Positions 47,268 to 55,811 of a stretch of 64,000 nucleotides of DNA are shown here, one piece after another; positions within the stretch are counted from its first letter, which is position 1, and every line of letters begins with the position of its first letter. The DNA lies in assembly GCA_040388575.1 (NCBI GenBank), contig JAZKBO010000004.1, positions 5,400 to 69,399 on the forward strand. Direction: 5' to 3'. Under the pieces are notes generated by a model. The model searched no databases. It was not told the origin of the DNA and saw only the letters and a program-made list of their open reading frames with translations. This DNA comes from Patescibacteria group bacterium (GTDB taxonomy: Bacteria; Patescibacteriota; Minisyncoccia; Phycocordibacterales; UBA9973). The translations under genes and the position numbers were made by a program.

Positions 47268-49220
47268 ATGTCGCAATCGAAGAAAAAAGGGGGCACAAAC
47301 CGCCTGGAAGGCACTATCTCCATCTCTGCCAAAGGCATAGGCTATGTGGCTGTAGGGGAAACTAAAAATAAAGGCCAGGATCCGGAAATAGATTCTAAGC
47401 ATTTAAACACTGCCCTTCATGGCGACAGGGTGGAGATTGTACTCCATCCTAAGAGCAAGAATCGCCAGACTGCGGAAGTTACCCGCGTAATAACCCGAGC
47501 CAAAACTGGCTTCATGGGCGTCATAGAGGAACAGAATGGCTTATTTTTTTTAAAGCCAGATGATCCTAAAATGTATACGGATATCATCGTTCCTCAAAGT
47601 ATGTTAAATGGCGCTAAGGCTGGGGAGAAAGTTTTCGTCAAAATCGTTTCTTGGAATGACCCTCGTAAAGAACCAGAAGGTAAAGTAGAAAAGGTCTTAG
47701 GTAAGCCAGGTGATAATAATGTCGAGATGGAGGCCATCGCGATGGAAAAAGGCTTCGCTGCAAGTTTACCTACAGATGTTGAAGCCGAAGCGGAAAGGAT
47801 AAAGCACGCGGGCATAAAAGAATCTGATTATCAAGATCGTCGGGATTTCCGCAACACTCTCACCTTCACTATCGACCCGGACACTGCTAAGGACTTCGAT
47901 GATGCAATATCATTCAAAGAAATAGATAAAGATAAATACGAGGTGGGTATTCATATAGCTGATGTATCACATTATGTGCAAATCGGCAGCGCAATAGATA
48001 AGGAGGCCAGGGAGCGCGGCACATCGGTATACCTCGTGGACCGTACCATCCCGATGTTGCCAGAAGTACTTTCTAATGACTTGTGCTCCTTGGTGCCGAA
48101 TCAAGATCGCCTGACCATGAGTGCTGTTTTTGTTATAGATAAAAATGCCAAGGTTGCTGGTGAATGGTTCGGCCGCACAGTTATCCATTCCCAAAGGCGC
48201 TTCACTTATGAAGAGGCCGAGGAATCGATAAAGAAATCCTCTGCACCACTACATAAGGAGCTTGCAATATTGAATGGTTTAGCAAAAAAGTTAACCAAGG
48301 AGAGGTTCAGTAAGGGCGCAATATCACTCGATCAAGAGGAAGTTAAGTTTGTCCTAGATGATAAAGGTGTGCCGATCAAAGTAATTAAAAAGGAGCGCGG
48401 CGACTCTAATAGATTGATCGAGGAATTTATGCTCTTGGCAAATAAAAAAGTTGCCCAAATTATTTCCTCATCTAATTCTAAGACCAAGGGTCAAAAAGAC
48501 CACAGTATTTCCATTTACCGCGTGCATGACCTGCCGAGTAAGGAAAAGATGGCAGATCTCGCTTTCTTCCTGCGCAGCCTCGGGCACAAAATAACATTAC
48601 GTGACGGGCTGATACCAACTTTTGAAATTAATAAGTTACTGGAGAGCTTGAAAGGTAAAAGTGAGGCCGACACCGTGCATCGCGCTGTCATCCGCTCCAT
48701 GGCCAAGGCAATTTACTCTACCAAAAATATCGGCCACTATGGCCTTGCATTTGAATACTATACTCACTTCACCTCCCCGATCCGCCGCTACCCAGACATC
48801 ATTGTGCATCGCCTACTTGAGGACCACCTAGAAGGTATTAAAATAAATCCCGATAAGCTCCATGTATTTGAAGACATGTCGAGGATTGCTTCCGAGCAAG
48901 AAAAGAGAGCCTCGGATGCGGAACGAGCATCGATTAAGTACAAACAAGTGGAGTACATGTCACTCCGGATCGGCAAAGCTTTCGATGGCGTCATCAGCGG
49001 CATAACCGAGTGGGGTATGTATGTGGAAGAGCTTGAAACAAAGTGTGAGGGTTTGGTGCGCGTGCGTGACATGGCGGATGATTACTATATATACAATGAA
49101 AAAAAGTTGGAATTAGTCGGCCAGAAGAAGAAAAAGCGCTACCGCCTCGGGGATCGTGTTAAAATAAAAGTTAAAGCGGTTGATTTGGAGCGCAAAACAA
49201 TTGATTATATTCTAGTATGA
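47268..49220 (+). CDS. rnr: Ribonuclease R
   Basis: TIDPDTAKDFDDA, HIADVS, YTHFTSPIRRYPD; C-terminal S1 domain. Confidence 0.95.
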   Translation: MSQSKKKGGTNRLEGTISISAKGIGYVAVGETKNKGQDPEIDSKHLNTALHGDRVEIVLHPKSKNRQTAEVTRVITRAKTGFMGVIEEQNGLFFLKPDDPKMYTDIIVPQSMLNGAKAGEKVFVKIVSWNDPRKEPEGKVEKVLGKPGDNNVEMEAIAMEKGFAASLPTDVEAEAERIKHAGIKESDYQDRRDFRNTLTFTIDPDTAKDFDDAISFKEIDKDKYEVGIHIADVSHYVQIGSAIDKEARERGTSVYLVDRTIPMLPEVLSNDLCSLVPNQDRLTMSAVFVIDKNAKVAGEWFGRTVIHSQRRFTYEEAEESIKKSSAPLHKELAILNGLAKKLTKERFSKGAISLDQEEVKFVLDDKGVPIKVIKKERGDSNRLIEEFMLLANKKVAQIISSSNSKTKGQKDHSISIYRVHDLPSKEKMADLAFFLRSLGHKITLRDGLIPTFEINKLLESLKGKSEADTVHRAVIRSMAKAIYSTKNIGHYGLAFEYYTHFTSPIRRYPDIIVHRLLEDHLEGIKINPDKLHVFEDMSRIASEQEKRASDAERASIKYKQVEYMSLRIGKAFDGVISGITEWGMYVEELETKCEGLVRVRDMADDYYIYNEKKLELVGQKKKKRYRLGDRVKIKVKAVDLERKTIDYILV

Positions 49221-51118
49221 ATACGAAACAGGGAAAAATAAGATGGTTATTGCTTTTAACCCTGGCAATGGTGGCCTTTTTGGGCACGACTTCATATTAT
49301 TTAAAGAATCTTATATATAAAGAAGCGAACCAATTAGCGGATGTTTCCGCCGCCCCGGTTCTAGCCAGTACTGACACGGGGCCTAAATATTTCTATTTCA
49401 ATAAAGAAGCGGCACTACTCCCGAAGGTTTCTGCCACTGCATTCCTGGTGGGTGACCTTGATACGGGTGAAGTAATTATGGAGAAAAATCAAGACACCCA
49501 GCTTCCTATTGCTTCAGTCTCAAAATTGATGACGGCGTTAGTGGCCAATGAGCTGGGAGGAGAAAAAAATGAAGAGGGAGAGGCCCAAGTCAGTAAAAAA
49601 GCCTTGGCTACCTACGGTGGCAACGGTGCCTTCCACTTGGGAGAGAAAATTAAAGTCAACGAGCTTTTCTATCCGCTCCTCTTAGAATCCAGTAACGACG
49701 CCGCCGAGATCCTGGCGGAATATTTCGGACGCGATACTTTCCTTTCTAAAATGAATCAGGAAGCGCAAATCCTGCAGATGTCCTCCACCACCTATGATGA
49801 CCCGAGCGGCCTCTCCCCTAATAACAAGTCTACCGTATCGGACCTTTTTAAACTCGCAGGATTTTTAAGTAAACAAAAGCAAAACATATTGGACATCACT
49901 ACGAAACGTAGCTACACCAATGACAAACATAACTGGTCCAGCAACAACCAATTCCTGCGCGAGGCTGGTTATGAAGGTGGCAAAAGTGGCTTCACTGACC
50001 CTGCCAAACAAACTGTTATTTCGATCTTCTCTGTACCGCTGCCGCCAGGCGGTGAACGTAATATTGCCATCACCCTACTAGGAAGCAATGATAGACATAA
50101 GGATGTAGATAATATTGTCAGCTATCTAAAGAAAAATATATATTATGGTGGTGAAGCGGATGCTAACATCGCTTGGGTCAAACAAAAAGACGGCATCCCA
50201 GAAATTAAGGATCCGGACTTTGTTACCCTCTCCTTCGTCGGTGATATTATGGTGGACCGCGGGGTAAAAAATTCCGTGATGAATAACTTCGGCGGCGACT
50301 ACTCCGCATTATTTGATAAAATGGGAACCTTGAAAGATTCAGATGTGGTCTTTGCAAATTTGGAAGGCACCGCATCGGACAAGGGGGAAGATCAAGGAAA
50401 TTTGTATTCCTTCCAAATGGACCCGACGATTATACCAGCACTACGTGGTGCGGGAGTAAGCATCCTCTCTGTGGCTAACAATCACGTTGGCGACTTTGGA
50501 CGGGAGTCATACATTGATACACTTTCGCGCTTGCGGGAAAATGAAATTACTTATACTGGTGGCGGTATGAATAGTGAGGAAGCCGAGCAGCCAGCGGTAA
50601 TGGAAAAATATGGCATCAAGTTAGGATTTCTTGGCTTCTCGGACGTTGGCCCAGACTGGATGAATGCGAAGGAGGACACTGCTGGATTATTACTAGCTAG
50701 TAACCCACGCTTTGATCAAATAATTAAAAATGCTGCCAGCCAGGTGGATGACCTTATCGTCTCCTTCCACTGGGGTGTTGAATATCAAACGCAGCATAAT
50801 GCTAGGCAGGAAGAATTAGCGCACAAAGCCATAGATGATGGCGCAAAAATAATTATCGGCACCCACCCACATGTGATGGAAGATACTGAAACTTATAAGA
50901 ATGGTTACATCGCTTATTCACTTGGAAACTTTATATTTGACCAGATATTTAGTGCAGAAACTATGAAAGGCATGCTGCTTAACATTAAGCTCGGCCACGA
51001 TGGCAGCCTAGCAGTGACAAAAAATACTGTCAGGTTAAACGACGCCTTCCAGCCGGACACTGTAGTGGCTGGAAAGGAAGAAAAGATTAAGTTTGATAGT
51101 GTATTGATTCCAAATTAA
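49217..51118 (+). CDS. D-Ala-D-Ala carboxypeptidase (S11) fused to a CapA-family domain
   Basis: ASVSKLM (SxxK), SSND (SxN) and KSG, followed by VGDIMVDR, NLEG, ANNH, HWGVEY, HPHV, YSLGNFIF. Confidence 0.88.
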   Translation: MNTKQGKIRWLLLLTLAMVAFLGTTSYYLKNLIYKEANQLADVSAAPVLASTDTGPKYFYFNKEAALLPKVSATAFLVGDLDTGEVIMEKNQDTQLPIASVSKLMTALVANELGGEKNEEGEAQVSKKALATYGGNGAFHLGEKIKVNELFYPLLLESSNDAAEILAEYFGRDTFLSKMNQEAQILQMSSTTYDDPSGLSPNNKSTVSDLFKLAGFLSKQKQNILDITTKRSYTNDKHNWSSNNQFLREAGYEGGKSGFTDPAKQTVISIFSVPLPPGGERNIAITLLGSNDRHKDVDNIVSYLKKNIYYGGEADANIAWVKQKDGIPEIKDPDFVTLSFVGDIMVDRGVKNSVMNNFGGDYSALFDKMGTLKDSDVVFANLEGTASDKGEDQGNLYSFQMDPTIIPALRGAGVSILSVANNHVGDFGRESYIDTLSRLRENEITYTGGGMNSEEAEQPAVMEKYGIKLGFLGFSDVGPDWMNAKEDTAGLLLASNPRFDQIIKNAASQVDDLIVSFHWGVEYQTQHNARQEELAHKAIDDGAKIIIGTHPHVMEDTETYKNGYIAYSLGNFIFDQIFSAETMKGMLLNIKLGHDGSLAVTKNTVRLNDAFQPDTVVAGKEEKIKFDSVLIPN

Positions 51119-51175
51119 AAAGTGATATGCTCTAACTGAATACCTGCCACTCTAGTTCACCATCAAGGAGGTCCC

Positions 51176-51316
51176 TTGGCGAACGGACAGAATACCAAAC
51201 TCGTGCCCATGATCTTGTTCATCCTCGTAATCTTGGCGGTGCTCACTATCGTCGATAGTAAGAAGGTGACGACGCCTTACGGCTTCACCTTCCCCTGCCA
51301 GGGCTGCACGCACTAG
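51176..51316 (+). CDS. Small TM peptide with C-terminal CxxC (46 aa; not in ORF track; cassette F)
   Basis: AAGGAGG 4 nt before TTG; MANGQNTKLVPMILFILVILAVLTIVDSKKVTTPYGFTFPCQGCTH*; TTGATT-16-TATGCT promoter. Confidence 0.6.
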   Translation: MANGQNTKLVPMILFILVILAVLTIVDSKKVTTPYGFTFPCQGCTH

Positions 51317-51323
51317 GTGCACG

Positions 51324-51440
51324 ATGAAGGAAGAAGACAGCCTGTGGGCGTGGGCCAAACTGATTGGTCTACTGTTATTAGTTGAGGGCCTCCCGCTCGG
51401 TGCCCTCGCCTTCCTCATCCGGTGGAAGTTCGGAAAGTAA
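51324..51440 (+). CDS. Small single-TM peptide (38 aa; not in ORF track; cassette F)
   Basis: MKEEDSLWAWAKLIGLLLLVEGLPLGALAFLIRWKFGK*, followed by hairpin TGCCGGCGGCCC-CTT-GGGTCGCCGGCA (51445-51471). Confidence 0.55.
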   Translation: MKEEDSLWAWAKLIGLLLLVEGLPLGALAFLIRWKFGK

Positions 51441-51535
51441 CGCATGCCGGCGGCCCCTTGGGTCGCCGGCAAAATCGTTTGTGGGTGTATAATTAGTGAG
51501 TATGCTGTTCCTGGGCGCTTAAGACTGGAGGGTCT

Positions 51536-51997
51536 ATGAATCGTCTGGCTTTCGTAGTCGTCGTAGCGGTGGTGTTTCTTGCTGGCGTAGCAGCCGGCAA
51601 AGCAACTTCACCTGTCGAGAATGATCTCGCACTTCGCCAGGCAGAGAGTCGCGAGGCCATGCTGATGCTCGCCTTCGTTGAGCTCAAGGTGGAGAACATG
51701 GCGATGGAGGAGCAGCTCCAATCCTGGAAAGATGCCGCTGCTCCGCTTAACACCATGTATTTCACGGAGGCAGCCTACGTCGACATGGGTCTCCACGAAT
51801 ATTTCGAGAAGTTCTATCCGGACATGGTGATGAATGCAGTGAAGCTGCGCAAACTCACTCATCCATGTCAGGTTGACCCTCGACGTTGGGGTTGCTCCTG
51901 GTACGGAAAGAATTACGTACCGGTTTACGTGGAAATCCAGCGGCCATTCTCAATATCCATGAGCCTAGCTGGGCACATGGACTCCCCGAGGAAGTGA
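51536..51997 (+). CDS. GC-rich orphan secreted protein (cassette G)
   Basis: TATAAT upstream; GGAGG 4 nt before ATG; signal peptide; hairpin at 52032-52061. Confidence 0.7.
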   Translation: MNRLAFVVVVAVVFLAGVAAGKATSPVENDLALRQAESREAMLMLAFVELKVENMAMEEQLQSWKDAAAPLNTMYFTEAAYVDMGLHEYFEKFYPDMVMNAVKLRKLTHPCQVDPRRWGCSWYGKNYVPVYVEIQRPFSISMSLAGHMDSPRK

Positions 51998-52081
51998 ATA
52001 AATTGAGTTTCGGGGGACATCCCCAGAACACGCGGCCGGCGATCTCTCGATCCCCGGCCGCAAACTCATTTAAATTAAAAT

Positions 52082-54223
52082 TTATTTAGCTATTGCCACC
52101 GCTTCGTCAAATTTAACGGAGAGGAGTTTGGAGGCGGAGTCCGAGCCAATGGTAACACCATAGAGCATGCCAGCGCGCGACATCGTCTCGCGGTTGTGGG
52201 TCACAACGATAAGCTGGGAATGTTTGGAGAGTTTTTCCAGCATGTCTCCATACTTCCTAGAGTTAGCTTCATCCAGCGCCGCATCTGTTTCATCCAGCAC
52301 CAGGAATGGTGGCGGATTAACTTGTGACATAGCAAAAAGGAGTGCAATGGATGTCAGCGAGCGTTCCCCACCAGAGAGCGCCTGCAATTCTTTTACTTTT
52401 TTATGTGGCAATGACACATCTATCTCAATGCCTTGCTCGGGTATTTCATCTTCCTCATCTATCACTACCTCTTCTTCATAATCCTCGTCTTCACCTTTCT
52501 CAGCCTTTTTCTTCCTCTTTTCTGGTATCACTATGGAAAGCGACCCCGAGCCACCACCGAACATAAGAGTGAAAAATTCTTTAAATTCAACATTGATTTT
52601 CTTTATACCTTCCTTGAATTCCACATCGATTTTTTCTTTTAGGTCCACCATAATACCCTGGAGCGACTTTATACTCTCAGCTAAGTCCGCCATCTCCTTC
52701 TCTAGGAATTGGTCCCGCTGTGATACTTCCTCAAATTCTTTCATTATTTCCGTACCGCCGCCAAGGCCAGCGTCCTCTAATTTTATTTTTATCCTTTCAA
52801 TTTTCTTCCGCAATTCCTCTTGGGCTTGCGCATCGATGCCACCTTCTATTTGGAAGTTTTTATAGGAAAGTATTTCCATGCCGATCAAGGCCTGACCCTC
52901 CTTAATTTCATTTTCTAACATACCCTCCCCTTTGAAAATATTTGCGAGTTTAATGTTTATGAGCTCAAGCGCGGATGAAAGTTCCTGGTGTTTAACTTTA
53001 TGCGTAAACTTCTCGCGCTCCATGTCCCGCAGGGATTCCATTTCCTTATTTATTGCTTGCTTTAGTCCTTCAATAGATTGTGCATGAGTTTGTTCGTCCT
53101 TTTTCAACTTCTCAATCTCGGCCACTGTACTTACCTGGGAGGCTTTAAGTTCCGCCAATTCCCCTTCCTCATTTTCCCTCTTTTGTATTTGCTCGGCGTG
53201 CATCTCACGGATTTCATTACCGCATAGTGGACAACGGCCAGCTATTTTAACCTTATTCTCTTTAGCCTCGAGCATGCCTTCAATACGGCCGAGTTTGCGC
53301 TCTAGCTCGTTCTTAAGGTTCCTTATTTCATTTATTTTTTCCTCTACCGCCCGCAACTCCTCAATCTTTTTATTGCCAGCTTTGGAAGTTTCCTCGGGAA
53401 TATCGGAAATTTTATGGAGGACAGTCTGGAGTTCGCCTTGAATTTTACTTTTCTCTTTTGAAAGAGAATTCTTTTCATTCTCTAGGAAAACACTTTCCTT
53501 TTTTAAATATTCTCGGTACAGGGTTGCAAGTTCACCTTGCATCTCCTTAGCTTTTTCGAATTTTTCAACCTGCTTCTTGAGGAAGTTCAAATGCGGGGCA
53601 CTCTCCCGACGGAGCATGGTGACCTCCTTCATATTCTCCTCAGTGCGTTCTAGTTTGCGCTCGCTTTCACGGATTTTGTATTGGTAAATTTTAAGGCCGA
53701 GTGCGTCCTCCACCATTTCCTTCCTATCCTTCGGGCTCGCATTTAAAATTCTGTCCGCTTCACCCTGGGAGATTATGTGGTGTCCAGAGGAGCCAATATT
53801 GACTGATGCGAGTAAATTATTGATGTCTTTTAAACGCACCTCAGAACCATTTAAAATATATTTATTAAGGCCATCGGTATAAACCTCACGCCCGATGGAG
53901 ATAGTATCGTAATTTAAATTCATATTCTCTCCCACATCATTTGCGAGTTTGAAAATTTTATCTTTATTATCAAAATATATGGTAACTGACGCTCGGTTAC
54001 CCTTAGGCAATTGCTTGGAACCTTTAAAGATCATGTCCGCGCCGGCCTTACCGCGCATGGACTTCATGGACTGCTCACCGAGGACGTAGCGAATGGCTTC
54101 CACCACGTTGGATTTACCGGAACCATTAGGGCCGACGACTGAAGTAATCGGGCTCGAAAACTCTAAAACTGTTTTTTTAGCAAAAGATTTAAAGCCATTT
54201 AATTCTAAACTCCTAAGTCGCAT
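52082..54223 (-). CDS. smc: Short Smc-family ATPase (no hinge, central CPLC)
   Basis: GFKSFA, GPNGSGKSN, ISQG, LSGGERSL, PPPFLVLDETDAALD, VVTHN; adjacent to rnc. Confidence 0.88.
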   Translation of the reverse strand: MRLRSLELNGFKSFAKKTVLEFSSPITSVVGPNGSGKSNVVEAIRYVLGEQSMKSMRGKAGADMIFKGSKQLPKGNRASVTIYFDNKDKIFKLANDVGENMNLNYDTISIGREVYTDGLNKYILNGSEVRLKDINNLLASVNIGSSGHHIISQGEADRILNASPKDRKEMVEDALGLKIYQYKIRESERKLERTEENMKEVTMLRRESAPHLNFLKKQVEKFEKAKEMQGELATLYREYLKKESVFLENEKNSLSKEKSKIQGELQTVLHKISDIPEETSKAGNKKIEELRAVEEKINEIRNLKNELERKLGRIEGMLEAKENKVKIAGRCPLCGNEIREMHAEQIQKRENEEGELAELKASQVSTVAEIEKLKKDEQTHAQSIEGLKQAINKEMESLRDMEREKFTHKVKHQELSSALELINIKLANIFKGEGMLENEIKEGQALIGMEILSYKNFQIEGGIDAQAQEELRKKIERIKIKLEDAGLGGGTEIMKEFEEVSQRDQFLEKEMADLAESIKSLQGIMVDLKEKIDVEFKEGIKKINVEFKEFFTLMFGGGSGSLSIVIPEKRKKKAEKGEDEDYEEEVVIDEEDEIPEQGIEIDVSLPHKKVKELQALSGGERSLTSIALLFAMSQVNPPPFLVLDETDAALDEANSRKYGDMLEKLSKHSQLIVVTHNRETMSRAGMLYGVTIGSDSASKLLSVKFDEAVAIAK

Positions 54224-54238
54224 TTCTTTATTCTGTAT

Positions 54239-54934
54239 TTACTCCAGCCAATTTTTTACTTTTAATGCCGCCTCTGCCGCCTTCTGCTCGGCTTCCTGCT
54301 TACTTTTACCTTTACCTTCGGCGATCAAAACCCCGCCGAAATTTATGCCCACAGTAAAATGTTTGTCATGGTCTGGGCCTGACTCACTAAGGACCCGGTA
54401 AGCCGGCGTAACCGATGCAAACTCCTGTGCCTTTTCCTGCACCAAACTCTTAGCATCCCGCCATAATTTATTTTTAACTATTTCATCAGTTTTAGGTAGA
54501 AGGGATTCCGACACAAATTTATCAGTCACTTCGTAGCCTTGATCTAAATAAACTGCGCCCACATAGGCCTCATAAGTATTAGCGAGTATATATTGCCGCG
54601 CCTTGCCGTTATCCTTAGATTCCCCTTTCGAGAGTAATAGATAGTCATTCATACCCACAGCGGAGGCAATTTCGGAAATAATTACGGCATTCACTAATGC
54701 CGAGCGCACTGCAGTTAACTCCCCCTCATTATAAGCGGGATATTTTTTGTATAAATAGTCCGTGACAATAAGTTCAAGCACTGCATCACCGAGGAATTCC
54801 AGGCGCTCGTTGTGTGAGAGTCCTGCGGAAGGATTTTCATTAATGTAAGAACGGTGAATAAATGCCTGCTTGAGCAAATTCTTTTCTTTGAAAACTATCT
54901 TTGTCTTTTTCTCAAAATCTGCAAAATTAATCAT
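54239..54934 (-). CDS. rnc: Ribonuclease III
   Basis: HNERLEFLGDAVL; dsRBD (KSLVQE...SKQEAEQKAA). Confidence 0.97.
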   Translation of the reverse strand: MINFADFEKKTKIVFKEKNLLKQAFIHRSYINENPSAGLSHNERLEFLGDAVLELIVTDYLYKKYPAYNEGELTAVRSALVNAVIISEIASAVGMNDYLLLSKGESKDNGKARQYILANTYEAYVGAVYLDQGYEVTDKFVSESLLPKTDEIVKNKLWRDAKSLVQEKAQEFASVTPAYRVLSESGPDHDKHFTVGINFGGVLIAEGKGKSKQEAEQKAAEAALKVKNWLE

Positions 54935-54947
54935 ATATATAAATTAA

Positions 54948-55811
54948 TTATCTAATACCTGTATCAATATTAAAATTCAACGTGGTTGTTTGACCACTTT
55001 TTACAGTTACTGTGCCCTTATTTTCACTGAGTTCATCAACCATCATTCCGCTTGCTTTTATCGTATACGTGCCTGGGGCCAATGTAAATTGATAATTGCC
55101 ATTGGCATCTAAGTGCTGGCTGGAAACCAAAACTCCGGATTGTGTAAACACTCCAACTTGACGTGCCATATTTGTCTCTGGTGATGGAGTGCACGGGTGT
55201 CCAATTTGCTCCACCGGACAGACGGGCCCAATATCCACATGGCCTTTGAGGGTGCCAGTGGAAGCTTGGACCGTATTCGTAAATTTAAAAGTGGAAAGAA
55301 TTTGTTGTTCTTGATTTAAGTCACCCCAACAATTTAAAGGATCTCGATAGGAAATCGCTATTGTGTCCTTTCCGTCTTTTGTTGAAGTTTGGAAATTTGA
55401 TGTAGCACACTTAGGTGTGCCGTCTTCTGGATCATAAAATCCATACCAAGTTACGCCTGCAATATTATTCGAAGTCGGAGTAATAGATTTATCATAAGGA
55501 TTGGGATCAATGTTTGTCTTGGTCCAACCTTTCATAATCGTAATTATTGGACCTTCCCCGATTGTCAGCTGAACAGTCGGGTATTTCGTCCCATTGTACA
55601 AAAATGAACCCGTATCTTTAGGGGTTAGTGTGGTTAACTGGTACGGAGTTTTTATCTCAAATCCATACTGATCATTGGTATATGTTTTCCAATTTGCAGT
55701 TGATTCTTGTTTTGCGGGAGCTTGAACTGAATTTTTGTTTTTTTGCAAAAGAAAAATACCACCAAAAAGTACTCCGACCACAACTATACTAATAATTATT
55801 TGCTTAATCAT
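54948..55811 (-). CDS. Membrane-anchored exported protein (PsbP-like plus carboxypeptidase-regulatory-like domain)
   Basis: TM; WKTYTNDQYGFEIKTP...QILSTFKF; GPVCPVE...LAPGTY...DTGIR. Confidence 0.7.
   Translation of the reverse strand: MIKQIIISIVVVGVLFGGIFLLQKNKNSVQAPAKQESTANWKTYTNDQYGFEIKTPYQLTTLTPKDTGSFLYNGTKYPTVQLTIGEGPIITIMKGWTKTNIDPNPYDKSITPTSNNIAGVTWYGFYDPEDGTPKCATSNFQTSTKDGKDTIAISYRDPLNCWGDLNQEQQILSTFKFTNTVQASTGTLKGHVDIGPVCPVEQIGHPCTPSPETNMARQVGVFTQSGVLVSSQHLDANGNYQFTLAPGTYTIKASGMMVDELSENKGTVTVKSGQTTTLNFNIDTGIR

Noticed and set aside
51152-51472. 106-aa minus-strand ORF in the track
   Set aside because: Promoter, AAGGAGG and hairpin all support two small + strand ORFs; the minus frame has no signals or recognisable features.
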